Counted from the first letter of the stretch, positions 1 through 10,280 are shown. The stretch: DNA of 64,000 nucleotides from an uncultured Candidatus Saccharibacteria bacterium (GCA_964368835.1 CAYJCZ010000001.1:89481-153480); one strand, 5' to 3'. Made by a program: numbers and translations. Notes: generated by a model from the sequence alone, not told the origin.

Positions 1-125
1 ATAAAATAAGCATTATTTTTAGATTCTTCAAAGAACTTTCGTCTAAGACGGTCCGTAATATTAAGACGAAAGCACATATAGGGCTTACAATCGCGCTTTA
101 CTCCGTAAAGCATGTTTTTGTTTAT

Positions 126-1088
126 ATGGCTCTACTTATACCTCTTACCGCCTCTGCAGGCGTTTTTTCATTCATTTCTGACCTCATTGGAAAGGAGGCT
201 GATGCGGAGGTTCGCACAAGCTCCCAGTATCTAGGGGTGCTTCAGGCTCATGTTGGTCCAGGATCTACTTCCCCGGTAGGTGGCGGTGAGATCCAGATTG
301 TCGAGGGTGGTGCGCTTATTCAGGAGGCTGGAGTTATCGGTACTCAGGCCGATCTTACGGAGGCACGGTCAACTCAGATTAGTATCTATGTTGTTCGAAA
401 GGGCGATTCTCTTTCACAGATTGCTCAGATGTATGACGTCACTGTTAATACAATCAAATGGTCTAACAGCATCACAGGTGCAATCAAGGAAGGTGATGAA
501 CTCATCATTTTGCCTATTTCTGGCGTAAGTCACACGATAAAGAAGGGTGATACTGCACGTTCAATTGCTACCAAATACAAAGCTAGCCTCGACGATATCC
601 TAAGCTATAACAATATTAAGGTGACCGACACTCTAGAAATTGGTTCAATTCTTATTGTTCCTGACGGTGAGGTTCAGGCGTCTCCGGTAGTTGCTTCAGG
701 AAAAGTAACTTCGAAGCTTCGAAACGCGGGAGGTCCTGTGTACAAGGATTTTTATATTCGCCCTATTGAAGGTGGAGCAAGAACACAGGGTCTCCATGGA
801 CTTAACGGAGTTGATTTGGCCGCACCAGTGGGCACTCCTATTCGCGCATCAGCAGGAGGAGTGGTTATTATTTCTCGATCATCTGGATACAACGGTGGAT
901 ATGGATCTTATGTCGTTATTTCGCACTCAAATGGCACACAGACGTTGTATGCTCACATGAACAAAGTTCAGGCGATACAAGGCACAACGGTAGCCCAGGG
1001 GGAGCTTATTGGAACCGTAGGAAGCACAGGTAAATCAACCGGACCACATGTCCACTTTGAAGTTCGAGGAGCTGCTAACCCGTTCTAG
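126..1088 (+). CDS. LysM-domain M23 family metallopeptidase (cell-wall endopeptidase-like)
   Basis: Two LysM-like segments (YVVRKGDSLSQIAQMY..., HTIKKGDTARSIATKY...). C-terminal M23 signature HxxxD/HxH-like block GYGSYVVISHSNG...GSTGKSTGPHVHFEV. Confidence 0.8.
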   Translation: MALLIPLTASAGVFSFISDLIGKEADAEVRTSSQYLGVLQAHVGPGSTSPVGGGEIQIVEGGALIQEAGVIGTQADLTEARSTQISIYVVRKGDSLSQIAQMYDVTVNTIKWSNSITGAIKEGDELIILPISGVSHTIKKGDTARSIATKYKASLDDILSYNNIKVTDTLEIGSILIVPDGEVQASPVVASGKVTSKLRNAGGPVYKDFYIRPIEGGARTQGLHGLNGVDLAAPVGTPIRASAGGVVIISRSSGYNGGYGSYVVISHSNGTQTLYAHMNKVQAIQGTTVAQGELIGTVGSTGKSTGPHVHFEVRGAANPF

Positions 1089-2638
1089 TTTTTAAAATGT
1101 TTTTGTCGGTATTGAAGCGCTTCCAGAATATGGGGCGCTTCAATTGTTTTAGATGAATCAATATCGGCAATAGTTCGAGCAAGTTTTACGATGCGATGAT
1201 ACCCGCGCCCAGATATGTCATACGTTTTCGCTGCGTTATTGAGCGTTTCTTGAGCATCACTTGAAAGAAAGAGAGCACGCGCGAGGTCACGGGATGGAAT
1301 TGATGAATTTGATGAGATGTCTAAGCCGAGTGTTTGAAAACGGATTTTTTGGGCGGCGCGAGCAGTATTAACAATAGTACGAGCTTTCTGGGTTTGCTCT
1401 GAACTTGTTTTTTCTTGCATCAGTTTCTCATGATCAACTTTTGATACTTCGATCCACATGTCTATGCGATCAATAATTGGTCCGGATATTTTTCTCGAAT
1501 ACCTGGCGATATCTTGTGGTGCACAAATGCACTGCTTCCCTTTTACCCCTTTGTTTCCACAAGGACAGGGATTGAATGCTGCCACAAGTATGAAATGCGC
1601 GGGAAATTTTGCAGTTCCGCGTGACCGTGAGATTGAAATGACTCTATCTTCAAGTGGTTGGCGTAATGATTCAATAACTCGCTTATCAAATTCCGGAAAT
1701 TCGTCTAAAAACAAAATACCTCTGTGAGCGAGAGTGATTTCACCGGGTTTCGGCGAACTTCCTCCACCTACAAGTGATGAATACGATGCTGTGTGATGTG
1801 GTGCGCGAACAGGTGTGTGCAACATAACATTTCCCTCAAGAGATCCTGCAATTGAATGAATCTCAGTCACTTCAAGCATTTCTTCGAATGAAAGTGCAGG
1901 CAGAATGCTATGAAGTGCTCGGGCAAGCATTGTTTTGCCTGTTCCGGGCGGTCCAAAGAGGGCTATGTTATGAATTCCCGACGCTGCGATGATAAGTCCT
2001 CTTTTTGCAGCTTCTTGGCCAATGACGTCATCGAGGTCGTATGAATCGATATGTTTGTGGACCAACTCCATCGGATCAATTGTTTGAGTTGGGACGAGAT
2101 ATGATTTTTCAGCGCCCTCTTTTGTATCAAGGTGAGAGATAACATCAGCCAGATGCGAGATGCCATAAACTGAAACACCTCTAATTAAAGAAGCTTCTGC
2201 GGCATTCTCTTTTGGAACGTATATTTCACTTATTCCATGAGCAAGAGCAAGTTTTGCGTACGACAGTGCCCCGTGAACAGGACGGAGTGTTCCATCGAGG
2301 GCCAGTTCGCCGATAAAAAGTTTTCCCTGAGGATCAAATTCGATTTCCTCGGCAGAAAGTAAATATCCGAGCGCAATTGGTAAATCAAATGCAGGACCTT
2401 CTTTTTTAATATCTGCTGGTGCCAGTGAAACAGTAATTTTTGCATTCGTCTGTTTTGGAGACTTGAAGCCAGAATTTTTTATTGCAGCAGAGACGCGGTC
2501 TCGAGCCTCTTCGATTGCCTTGTCTGGGAGGCCTACGATTGAGAACGTGTGCAGACCGCGCGACATATCAATCTCAACCGAGATAATATGAGCTTTAAGT
2601 AAATGATTTTGAGCGCTGAGTACTTTTGAAAATTTCAT
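1085..2638 (-). CDS. comM: YifB/ComM family Mg-chelatase-like AAA+ ATPase
   Basis: Walker A GPPGTGKTMLARAL. Length about 517 aa. Typical YifB N-terminal Lon-like region and C-terminal domain. Confidence 0.85.
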   Translation of the reverse strand: MKFSKVLSAQNHLLKAHIISVEIDMSRGLHTFSIVGLPDKAIEEARDRVSAAIKNSGFKSPKQTNAKITVSLAPADIKKEGPAFDLPIALGYLLSAEEIEFDPQGKLFIGELALDGTLRPVHGALSYAKLALAHGISEIYVPKENAAEASLIRGVSVYGISHLADVISHLDTKEGAEKSYLVPTQTIDPMELVHKHIDSYDLDDVIGQEAAKRGLIIAASGIHNIALFGPPGTGKTMLARALHSILPALSFEEMLEVTEIHSIAGSLEGNVMLHTPVRAPHHTASYSSLVGGGSSPKPGEITLAHRGILFLDEFPEFDKRVIESLRQPLEDRVISISRSRGTAKFPAHFILVAAFNPCPCGNKGVKGKQCICAPQDIARYSRKISGPIIDRIDMWIEVSKVDHEKLMQEKTSSEQTQKARTIVNTARAAQKIRFQTLGLDISSNSSIPSRDLARALFLSSDAQETLNNAAKTYDISGRGYHRIVKLARTIADIDSSKTIEAPHILEALQYRQKHFKN

Positions 2639-2706
2639 TTACCCAGTTTAGTGGGTAGACATAAAAATAAAATAAAAACCGCGAGTTGATCGCAGTTTTT
2701 ATTTTA

Positions 2707-3081
2707 CTAGCCTTTCATGTGAGCGACACAAGTCCTTGCCGCCGGATTTGCTTCGAGGCGAGCATGCTCAATCTCCTCTCCGCCCACTTCACAGATTCCG
2801 TATGTTCCCTTCTTGATCTTATCTAGGGCAAGTTTTACATCGTTGTATTGAATCTCAAGTGGTTTTAGGATCGCAGTGTTCGATTCATAGCTTTCAATAT
2901 TGTCTGCAATGTCAGCAGAATCAGATGCGTTAACGTCTACATCGCCCGATGAAGCTTCCCAATCCTTTGGGTTACTTGGATTCTTGTGTCCAACACTTTT
3001 AAGCTCAGTTTCAAGTGTTGCAAGCTCCTTTTCGAGTTTAGTCTTGAAGATTCCTGTATCAATTTTGGTTTGTTTTTTCAT
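2707..3081 (-). CDS. DksA/TraR family C4-type zinc-finger protein
   Basis: Coiled-coil N-terminus and C-terminal Cys4 motif CEVGGEEIEHARLEANPAARTC typical of DksA/TraR. Confidence 0.7.
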   Translation of the reverse strand: MKKQTKIDTGIFKTKLEKELATLETELKSVGHKNPSNPKDWEASSGDVDVNASDSADIADNIESYESNTAILKPLEIQYNDVKLALDKIKKGTYGICEVGGEEIEHARLEANPAARTCVAHMKG

Positions 3082-3121
3082 GTGTGTTTTCGATTGTTCC
3101 CTATAATAGCGGGATTTTCCG

Positions 3122-4270
3122 CTACTGTATAGTACGTACCGTAAGGAGCTTTTCGAGCACGTATTTAAGGGCAGAGGTATTTGTTGAGATTACAATGGTG
3201 TCTTTGTCGGCAAAGGCATACATAAGTATTGATTCGCCCACTTCATTTTTAAACACACGTGTGTCCGTGTTGGCTACAACGGTATCGGTGAATACTGTTG
3301 TGGTCGCCATCATTTCTTCTTGAGGATGTGTTACGCGTATAAGTGGCAAAAGGTCTGTACGCATATTCTTTTCCCATTCAAGCATTCCAGAAAAAGCATT
3401 TTGGAAGAACGTATTCTTTACGATAATAAACGGACTGTTTGCATCGTAAATATACGTCCCAATCATGTATGTATCTGAAAGTGATCGCTTTAATCGATCT
3501 GGCATTTTTGTATTTCTAAATACCTGAGAGATTGGCGCAAACGTTGTTGAAGTCGACGTGTTTGTCGGAATGATTGTATAGATATTTCCAAGACCAGCGT
3601 TCGACGCAGCAAGTTTAGAGCTAATGAGAATGAGAGGGTCGCTTTTCGGTTCAAGGTACACAGTTGAACCTTTTGTTGAAGGAACAATAGTTTTTACTGT
3701 TGTTGGGATCGGTGTCTTCTCGACAGTGTCCTGTGATGATGTAAACCAGTAATACCAACCGCCGCCAATGAGTGCAATTATGATGATTGCAATTACGACA
3801 AATATCCCCGGTGAGCTTGGTTTTTTTTCTTCAACTTGAACCTTGCTTCTCGCTTCCCTTCTTTTCTGCTCTGCGATTGCAATATCGATTGTTGAAACGT
3901 TCTGGTATTTTACAGCTTCCTCAGCATCGCTTTTGAAAGTACGAAGAGGTTTAATTGAAGGATCGTTCATAGGTTCGATCTTTTCTGGCACTGCTTCTAC
4001 CGGTTTTGGAACTGGTGGAGTTGGTGGAAGTGGTATATCGAGAGGCTCCGATGTGGTATTGAGTCGGTCGACTGATTCTTGGAGGCTTCCTTTTGAGAAT
4101 TCGTTGTCTTCAGCAATACCAGAGCCGGATACAATATCTACGCCTTCAGCGTGAAGATCAGGGTATGTTGGACGTGTTGGATCGCCTGGAAGGCCTTCTG
4201 GTTCTTTTTGAGGTATCGGATTATTGGGTTCCATATGCTTATTATATACTTTACTTACGATTTTGGGCAC
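3122..4270 (-). CDS. hypothetical membrane protein (Pro-rich N-terminal region, single TM)
   Basis: Long ORF. Pro-rich low-complexity N-terminus, hydrophobic segment FVVIAIIIIALIGGGWYYWF, then a C-terminal domain. Confidence 0.5.
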   Translation of the reverse strand: MPKIVSKVYNKHMEPNNPIPQKEPEGLPGDPTRPTYPDLHAEGVDIVSGSGIAEDNEFSKGSLQESVDRLNTTSEPLDIPLPPTPPVPKPVEAVPEKIEPMNDPSIKPLRTFKSDAEEAVKYQNVSTIDIAIAEQKRREARSKVQVEEKKPSSPGIFVVIAIIIIALIGGGWYYWFTSSQDTVEKTPIPTTVKTIVPSTKGSTVYLEPKSDPLILISSKLAASNAGLGNIYTIIPTNTSTSTTFAPISQVFRNTKMPDRLKRSLSDTYMIGTYIYDANSPFIIVKNTFFQNAFSGMLEWEKNMRTDLLPLIRVTHPQEEMMATTTVFTDTVVANTDTRVFKNEVGESILMYAFADKDTIVISTNTSALKYVLEKLLTVRTIQ

Positions 4271-4349
4271 GGTCGAGTGATAATTTGTTGATTAGGCGAG
4301 ATAAAGAAAGGCCGCGGCACCTTCCGGTGCCGCGGCCACATTTCTTAAT

Positions 4350-5000
4350 TTATCTTAATTTTCGAATCACTTTTCGCATTCCTCCCATTTTTCCTTGATC
4401 TCCTTGTCGCTGAGGTTTGTCATTGTGTTCTTGTCGGTTTTCCTCATTTCGATCGGTTTTCTTTGGGAATTCCCTGTGATCTCGACCGTTGTAACGGCCA
4501 CCCATCACGTATCGCCCTGCATTTTCATCCATGTCGATGAAATCGTCTGCGACTTCCTTGAGCTTTCCAGATGCTGACTTACCGAATGAAATTACTTCCA
4601 CTTGGCATCCATTCATCTTTAAGTACTCAATAAGAGGGATAAAGTCACCATCGCCTGATGCGATAACGACCACGTCGAGCTTTGATGCGAGTTTAACTGC
4701 ATCGATTGCCAAACCTACGTCCCAATCAGCCTTTTTTGAGCCAGATGAGAAGATTTGAAGATCTTTTGTCTTTGTTTCGATACCGATCTTTGTAAGAGCG
4801 TCGAAAAAGCCTTTTTCTTCGCCTGTTTCTGTGGTGATCACATATGCGATCGCACGAACAAGCTGACGTCCGGCTAGGGCGTCTCCTAGAACATTATCGA
4901 AGTTCACCCTTCCTTGATGAAGGTTTTTTGCGCTGTGATAGAGATTCTGCGCATCGAGGAATACGCCTACGCGCTGTTCCTTGTGTTTAATTACTGCCAT
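4350..5000 (-). CDS. NYN/LabA-like domain protein with basic C-terminal tail
   Basis: N-terminal VGVFLDAQNLYHSAK and ASGDGDFIPLIEYLK motifs typical of NYN (LabA-like) PIN-like nucleases. Lys/Arg-rich C-terminus. Confidence 0.7.
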   Translation of the reverse strand: MAVIKHKEQRVGVFLDAQNLYHSAKNLHQGRVNFDNVLGDALAGRQLVRAIAYVITTETGEEKGFFDALTKIGIETKTKDLQIFSSGSKKADWDVGLAIDAVKLASKLDVVVIASGDGDFIPLIEYLKMNGCQVEVISFGKSASGKLKEVADDFIDMDENAGRYVMGGRYNGRDHREFPKKTDRNEENRQEHNDKPQRQGDQGKMGGMRKVIRKLR

Positions 5001-5134
5001 ATAAAATATAGTTACCTACTAATTGACCGTCATAATATTAAAAAATCGAACTTTTTAAAATTTCATGCTTTCCTCAGGGCGGTTTCGTAAAACGAAACCG
5101 CCCTACTTACAAAGTATCGGGCGGCTTCAGTTTT

Positions 5135-5407
5135 TTATTTCTTGAGCTCGTTCTTTTTCGAAATCTCTGAGTTTCGCTTAGGTTGCTTTTGCTTCTTAGC
5201 GAGATACTTCATATGAGTCTGACGATTAGCTACCATCGCGAGGAGTCCTCGTCGAGAGTGCTTGTCTTTATCATGTTTTTTGAGATGTCGAGCAAGTTCT
5301 TCGATCTTTGCTGTTAAAAGCGCGATCTGAACTTCCGGTGAACCAGTGTCCGTTGCGTGGACGCCTGCGTTCTTGATTACTTTGGTTTTCTTTGTCGTTG
5401 AAAGCAT
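5135..5407 (-). CDS. rpsO: 30S ribosomal protein S15
   Basis: [38 protein letters not shown] matches the S15 core. The start was moved to the internal Met (MLSTTKK), since the tracked ORF has an implausible 35-aa leader. Lys-rich C-terminal tail. Confidence 0.85.
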   Translation of the reverse strand: MLSTTKKTKVIKNAGVHATDTGSPEVQIALLTAKIEELARHLKKHDKDKHSRRGLLAMVANRQTHMKYLAKKQKQPKRNSEISKKNELKK

Positions 5408-5511
5408 GGTGTAAGAAGGATAGCACATAACTTTTGAAAATGCAAGCCCATTCCTGCTTATTTGAGCAGACGGGCCTATATATGAGCTATTTGCTATAAT
5501 ATTGTGCGACA

Positions 5512-6456
5512 TTGATCATATATAGGTACATGGCATCTCTTAAAGACTTAAAAACGCAGTTTCTTGAATATACAGAGATAGAAAAGGGTCGCAGTTTAAA
5601 TACTGTGCAGAATTATGATCGATATATCACTCGATTTTTGCAGTTTTTGAAGAAAGACTCCCCTTCTGACATCACGGATTCTTCTGTGCGCGAGTTTCGT
5701 CTTTGGCTCAACCGTCAGGCAACCGGAAATAACAAAAAGACGGGAGAAACACTTAAAAAGAAGACTCAGAACTATTATTTGATTGCTTTACGCGCTTTTC
5801 TCAAATATTTGGCGCGACAAGGAGTAAAATCGATGGCACCAGAGCGAATTGAGCTCGCAAAGGTTGGTGAACGTCATATTGAGTTTATGTCGAATGAAGA
5901 ACTTCACAGGTTGCTTGAGGCGCCGAAAGGTTCGGATCTCAAATCCTTGCGTGATCGAGCTATTTTGCAGATGTTGTTCTCTACTGGGCTCCGTGTCTCG
6001 GAATTGTGCTCACTTTCTCGAGATACTGATCTGTCGAGCGATGAAATCTCTATTAGAGGTAAGGGTGACAAGGTTCGCGTGGTTTTCCTCTCTGATGAGG
6101 CTAAGAAAGCTACAAAGGCTTACGTAGACAAGCGCGACGACGTAGATGATTCCCTTTTCGTTAAAGTGGCCGTAGAGACGCGTAATAAAGGTGAATCCAT
6201 GCCACTGACCCGCAGATCGGTAGAGCGCATCGTGAAACACTATGCGACAAAGGCCGGGATTATGTCGAAAAAAGTTACACCGCACGTTATTCGTCACTCG
6301 TTTGCGACGGATTTACTCTCTAATGGTGCTGATTTGCGCTCTGTTCAGGCACTTCTTGGTCATGCAAACATTGGAACTACTCAGATTTATACACACGTTA
6401 CAGACAAGCATCTGCGAAACATTCATAAGCAGTTTCATAATAAGAAGGGAAAGTAA
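5512..6456 (+). CDS. tyrosine site-specific recombinase (XerC/XerD family)
   Basis: C-terminal catalytic block [39 protein letters not shown] (R...HxxR...Y). N-terminal SAM-like core-binding domain. Alternative (TTG) start as tracked. Confidence 0.85.
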   Translation: MIIYRYMASLKDLKTQFLEYTEIEKGRSLNTVQNYDRYITRFLQFLKKDSPSDITDSSVREFRLWLNRQATGNNKKTGETLKKKTQNYYLIALRAFLKYLARQGVKSMAPERIELAKVGERHIEFMSNEELHRLLEAPKGSDLKSLRDRAILQMLFSTGLRVSELCSLSRDTDLSSDEISIRGKGDKVRVVFLSDEAKKATKAYVDKRDDVDDSLFVKVAVETRNKGESMPLTRRSVERIVKHYATKAGIMSKKVTPHVIRHSFATDLLSNGADLRSVQALLGHANIGTTQIYTHVTDKHLRNIHKQFHNKKGK

Positions 6457-6581
6457 CACATTTACAAACAGGCTTTACTCGCCAGTCCTCGACAAAAAAT
6501 CCGTCAAAGAGAGCCTTGACGGATTTTTTATCTGCGGAGGCTCGCGCAGCTTGTTTGTAAATGTTTTGCTATCATACTGCT

Positions 6582-7379
6582 ATGAAAATCATATCTTGGA
6601 ACGTAAACGGTATACGTGCAGTGCACAAGAAAGGCTTGTTCTTACCTTTTATTGAGAAGTATAAGCCAGATGTTCTGTGTCTCCAGGAAACTAAAGCTGA
6701 GCAGGGTCAGGCAGTGATTGACCTTACAGGATATGAGGAATACTGGAATTCTGCCCTTAAGAAGGGTTATTCAGGTACGGCTATATTTACTAAGGTAAAG
6801 CCGCTTTCAGTTATAAACGGTATTCCAGACAAGATTTGCGAGAAATATGGCTTAAAAGCTGATGATTATGGCGATCCGCGCACCGAAGGTCGGGCTATCG
6901 CCGCTGAATTTAAGGATTTCTATGTAGTTACGGTCTATACACCCAATGCAAAAGACGATTTAACTCGTATTCCCCTTCGACATAAGGAGTGGGATCCAGC
7001 GTTTTTAGCTTATTGCAAAGAACTTGAGAAACAAAAGCCGGTGATCTTCTGCGGAGACCTCAATGTTGCACATACGCCGGATGATCTTGCTCGACCAAAA
7101 GAGAATGTTGGCAAAAAGGGATTCACTGACGAAGAACGTGAAGGTTTTGAAAATATGATTACTGCCGGGTTTGTAGATTCGTTTCGAATTTTCAAAAAAG
7201 GAAATGGTTTTTATACATGGTGGTCACACTTCGCAAATGCTCGCGCACGCAACGTTGGTTGGAGGATAGATTATGTTTTAGTTTCAAAAAAGTTGGAGAA
7301 AAAAATAAAATCCGCGGAGATTCTACCAGAAGTCATCGGATCTGATCACTGTCCCGTTTCTCTAGAAATCGCTTTGTAG
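6582..7379 (+). CDS. xth: exodeoxyribonuclease III
   Basis: MKIISWNVNGIRA start, QETK, and C-terminal SDHCPV are the ExoIII/APE1 EEP-family signature. The start was moved to Met8 of the tracked ORF. Confidence 0.85.
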   Translation: MKIISWNVNGIRAVHKKGLFLPFIEKYKPDVLCLQETKAEQGQAVIDLTGYEEYWNSALKKGYSGTAIFTKVKPLSVINGIPDKICEKYGLKADDYGDPRTEGRAIAAEFKDFYVVTVYTPNAKDDLTRIPLRHKEWDPAFLAYCKELEKQKPVIFCGDLNVAHTPDDLARPKENVGKKGFTDEEREGFENMITAGFVDSFRIFKKGNGFYTWWSHFANARARNVGWRIDYVLVSKKLEKKIKSAEILPEVIGSDHCPVSLEIAL

Positions 7380-7390
7380 AGCCACACAAT

Positions 7391-7420
7391 CAATGTCCTT
7401 AATAAAGGACATTTTTGTTT
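7391..7420 (+). terminator. intrinsic terminator hairpin after xth
   Basis: aatgtcctt-aataa-aggacatt followed by a T run. Confidence 0.5.
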
Positions 7421-7439
7421 TTAAAATTAAATGAGTTAT

Positions 7440-7830
7440 CCACACTACTTGTCCTTTACATGTCTTTTATCGCTGATAGAATGTCTGAGGAGGCAACGGG
7501 GACTAATTCGTTTCGTACGAAGAAGAGCCTCGAAGATGGTTCTTTACACATAAGTCGGTAATCGTTTAAGGTTTGGTCTCGGGTAGCGGTTCGGGTTGGT
7601 GCTCAACGTTGTGCGCTTATCAGGTGATGAACGTAGATCGTTGAGTGTCACAGAACCGGCACTCAACTTGGTCCACAAGGACCTACATTTGAAAGGAAAG
7701 CTCCAGCGAGCGCAGAAAACGCCTCCTCAAAAGGCAACATAATTAATTATTGCGTGCCTCCCTAGTGGAGAAAACGCTCTGTACTCACTAAGCGTCCCTT
7801 TCATAACCGTCGCACACTTGCGGCGGTTTG
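7440..7830. other. GC-rich non-coding block, candidate structured RNA (identity unassigned)
   Basis: About 390 nt with no credible ORF, visibly higher GC than its surroundings and many short perfect helices (GGTCC-ACAA-GGACC; GTTGAGTG...CACTCAAC; CTCAACG...CGTTGAG). Flanked by the xth terminator and the cca terminator. Confidence 0.25.
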
Positions 7831-7847
7831 TTGTTTCTGGACAATCA

Positions 7848-7875
7848 AGCAAAAATGGCTCTGTTGAGCCATTTT
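7848..7875. terminator. bidirectional hairpin terminator (AAAAATGGCTC-TGTT-GAGCCATTTTT)
   Basis: Perfect 7-bp stem flanked by A and T runs, immediately downstream of the cca stop on the minus strand. Related copies at 13513 and 13564. Confidence 0.6.
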
Positions 7876-7877
7876 TA

Positions 7878-9383
7878 TTATTTTACGTTATGTTTGCCGC
7901 GAATCTTTGCTACCTCCTCTTCGTCTGCTTTTGCTCGCATATCCTTCCCAACCGCCGCCTGCTTTTTAAGTTCTACTTCATCAATGCTACTTAATTCCTC
8001 TGCCCTCTTGGTTAAGTATTCTTTTGTATTAAGTTTTGGATCTTCAAGGACTTCTTCCATGAGTGCATTGAGTATAAGTCCTATTTTTGGTCCGGGAGGC
8101 ATTTTTATAATCTCCATAATCTCCTTTCCATCGATTTTAAGCATCCCTACGGTGATTGGATCACGCAAAGCTTCCTCAATCATCGCTTTGTACTTTCGGA
8201 GGCGGTACGGGCTTTCCTTGGGCCTTCCAGTGCCTATTCTGTCGCAGATGCGAACGTTCATGAGGTCCCAGATGTGATCCTTCCCTACGTTAGCAATCAT
8301 TCGGCGTACCGCAGAGAGTGTGATTTGCTCTGTGTCCGAGAAAAACATGTGCCAACGGACAAGTTTCACAACCATTTCTATGGTTTTTCCTGGAAAATTG
8401 AGGTTTTTCAACACTTTTTCAGTCATTCGGGCACCAACCACCTCATGGCCGTAAAACGTAAACTGATTGGTTTCACGTGAAAACCTTCGTGTTGCCGGCT
8501 TGCCTATGTCATGAAATAGAGCCGCAAGACGGATCTCAAGAGGATATTTCTTGTCAGCTGAATGCTGTGCTGTTCGAAGGAGGTGTTCCCAAACGTCATA
8601 TGAATGAGCCTGATTCTGCTCTACCCCATAGCTTTCCTCGAGCTCTTTGGCAATAAATGGTATTACACCTAGTTCCCTGCAGAGTGTTAGGGCGTTCATA
8701 GGAGTGTCAGACATAAGAATTCGCACGAATTCATCACGTACTCTTTCCTTTGCGATATGCTCAAGGAGTTTTGAGTGGGTTTGAAGCGCCTCAAGAGTAT
8801 CTTTTTCTATTGTAAGGCCAAGCTCGGCCGCGATTCTGATTGCCCTCATTATTCGAAGCGCATCTTCAGAAAGTCGCTCATGAGCATCACCAACGGTCCT
8901 CAGAAGCCCATCCTTCAAGTCCTTTTCCCCATCAAAAAGGTCAGTAATGTTTCCCGTGAAACCACCATTTTTAGCCGTTTTATCGATTTTGAGGGCTAAA
9001 GCATTGATTGTGAAGTCTCGACGCTTGAGATCATCCTCCAGTTTTGTACTAAAAGACACAGTATCTGGGCGTCTTTTGTCCGAATATTCTGATTCGACAC
9101 GGAAAGGTGTTACCTCTATCACCTTTAGTCGTTCGTCGGTGGCTTCATCAAATACCACACCTACTGTCCCAAAAGTGTTTTCATAGAAAGTATGTGGAAA
9201 GGTTTTCTGGATTTGTTCAGGATTAGCATCTGTTGTGACATCCCAGTCTTTTGGTTCCCGACCAATCAAAAGATCTCGTACGCACCCGCCCACAAGATAT
9301 GCCTGGAATCCCGCTTTTTCCAACCCTTCTGTTACATGTGAAACTTCCGAAGGAATATTGAAGGAGTGTTCTTTCTTTGCCAT
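7878..9383 (-). CDS. cca: CCA-adding tRNA nucleotidyltransferase (class II, HD domain), Lys-rich C-terminal extension
   Basis: GFQAYLVGGCVRDLLIGREPKDWDVTT head-domain motif plus a downstream HD block (LFHDIGK). Confidence 0.85.
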   Translation of the reverse strand: MAKKEHSFNIPSEVSHVTEGLEKAGFQAYLVGGCVRDLLIGREPKDWDVTTDANPEQIQKTFPHTFYENTFGTVGVVFDEATDERLKVIEVTPFRVESEYSDKRRPDTVSFSTKLEDDLKRRDFTINALALKIDKTAKNGGFTGNITDLFDGEKDLKDGLLRTVGDAHERLSEDALRIMRAIRIAAELGLTIEKDTLEALQTHSKLLEHIAKERVRDEFVRILMSDTPMNALTLCRELGVIPFIAKELEESYGVEQNQAHSYDVWEHLLRTAQHSADKKYPLEIRLAALFHDIGKPATRRFSRETNQFTFYGHEVVGARMTEKVLKNLNFPGKTIEMVVKLVRWHMFFSDTEQITLSAVRRMIANVGKDHIWDLMNVRICDRIGTGRPKESPYRLRKYKAMIEEALRDPITVGMLKIDGKEIMEIIKMPPGPKIGLILNALMEEVLEDPKLNTKEYLTKRAEELSSIDEVELKKQAAVGKDMRAKADEEEVAKIRGKHNVK

Positions 9384-9448
9384 GGGACTATTGTACTTCC
9401 ATTGGCATTTTTTGGGAAATCAGAACCGTGCTATACTGTTATATAAAT

Positions 9449-10141
9449 ATGAAAGCAAGGTTGGAAGATAGAAATAAGGCCATAGAATTAAGAAAGCAGG
9501 GTCACAGCTACAAGGAGATCCAGGCTTTTGTACGTGTGTCTAAGGGGCTACTTTCTATGTGGCTCTCAGATCTCAAGCTGTCCTCGGACGAGGAAAAGAG
9601 GTTACACACAAAGCTTCAGGAACGTAAAAATAGGGGAAAGCTAAACTCAAAGATCTTAAATAATTCCAGGCGACTTGATCGTGAACGAAGGGTAGCAAAG
9701 GAAGGGGAGCAGATGTATAAAAAGTGGAAAAACGATCCACTGTTTCTTATGGGTGTGATGCTGTTTTGGACACAGGGTTCACAGTCGTCTCCTGATTTTA
9801 ATTTTATGAGTAAGGACACCGACATGATCTTTGTGATGAACGCATGGGTTCAAAAGTATCTTGGTGTAGGGAAGGAGGATGTAAAAGTAAGGATTTTCCT
9901 GCCAGAAGGCTCACAATCACATGGGATCACTGGTTTTTGGGCTAAAAATCTGGGTATTTCCGAGGATTTGATAAAGGTTTCACGTGAAAAGTCCCGTAAA
10001 GTGGCCTTAAAAAATGATCCTTTCAATAAAGGGTGTGTAAGACTAACGATTTTTGGCGTTAGATATAGGCGACTTATGACTATATGGCAGAAACTGACGA
10101 TAGATTTCCACGGAAAGGCTTTACTTGGCCATAGAATCTAA
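9449..10141 (+). CDS. hypothetical protein with N-terminal helix-turn-helix
   Basis: MKARLEDRNKAIELRKQGHSYKEIQAFVRVSKGLLSMWL resembles the HTH of small DNA-binding or transposase N-domains. No catalytic domain recognised. Start moved to the internal ATG. Confidence 0.45.
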   Translation: MKARLEDRNKAIELRKQGHSYKEIQAFVRVSKGLLSMWLSDLKLSSDEEKRLHTKLQERKNRGKLNSKILNNSRRLDRERRVAKEGEQMYKKWKNDPLFLMGVMLFWTQGSQSSPDFNFMSKDTDMIFVMNAWVQKYLGVGKEDVKVRIFLPEGSQSHGITGFWAKNLGISEDLIKVSREKSRKVALKNDPFNKGCVRLTIFGVRYRRLMTIWQKLTIDFHGKALLGHRI

Positions 10142-10145
10142 AAAT

Positions 10146-10221
10146 TGGTGCTTCCGGAGGGATTCGAACCCCCAACAACGGTTCCGAAGACCGGTATGAT
10201 ATCCATTTCACTACGGAAGCA
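10146..10221 (-). tRNA. tRNA-Arg (anticodon TCG, tentative)
   Basis: Read on the minus strand: TGCTTCC acceptor paired with GGAAGCA, T-arm GGGGGTTCGAATCCCTC, 3-prime CCA encoded, anticodon loop CTTCGGA. Confidence 0.7.
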
Positions 10222-10280
10222 ATGTGCATATCATACGTGAAAATGAATATAAATCAAAAATATGATAGGATTTTTGGTAG

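Noticed and set aside
1-125. Inverted repeat CTTTCGTCT...AGACGAAAG upstream of the LysM-M23 gene as a riboswitch or regulatory hairpin
   Set aside because: It is a single imperfect long-loop hairpin at the window edge with no recognisable family. Upstream context is missing, so it is not reported as a feature.
5512-6456. Treating the Xer-type recombinase as a marker of an integrated mobile element
   Set aside because: No flanking direct repeats, phage or conjugation genes, or compositional shift are seen. Its neighbours are housekeeping genes (rpsO, xth), consistent with a chromosomal dimer-resolution recombinase.
7440-7830. Assigning the GC-rich block as RNase P RNA or tmRNA
   Set aside because: I could not find the P4 consensus, the CR-V ACAGAAnCCGGCUUA region, or a tRNA-like 3-prime domain with CCA on either strand. 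It is kept as an unassigned candidate and not called.
9377-9448. N-terminal 24 aa of the tracked ORF 9377-10141 (overlapping the cca start)
   Set aside because: It overlaps the cca start codon region on the other strand. The downstream ATG gives a clean HTH N-terminus, so the start was moved.
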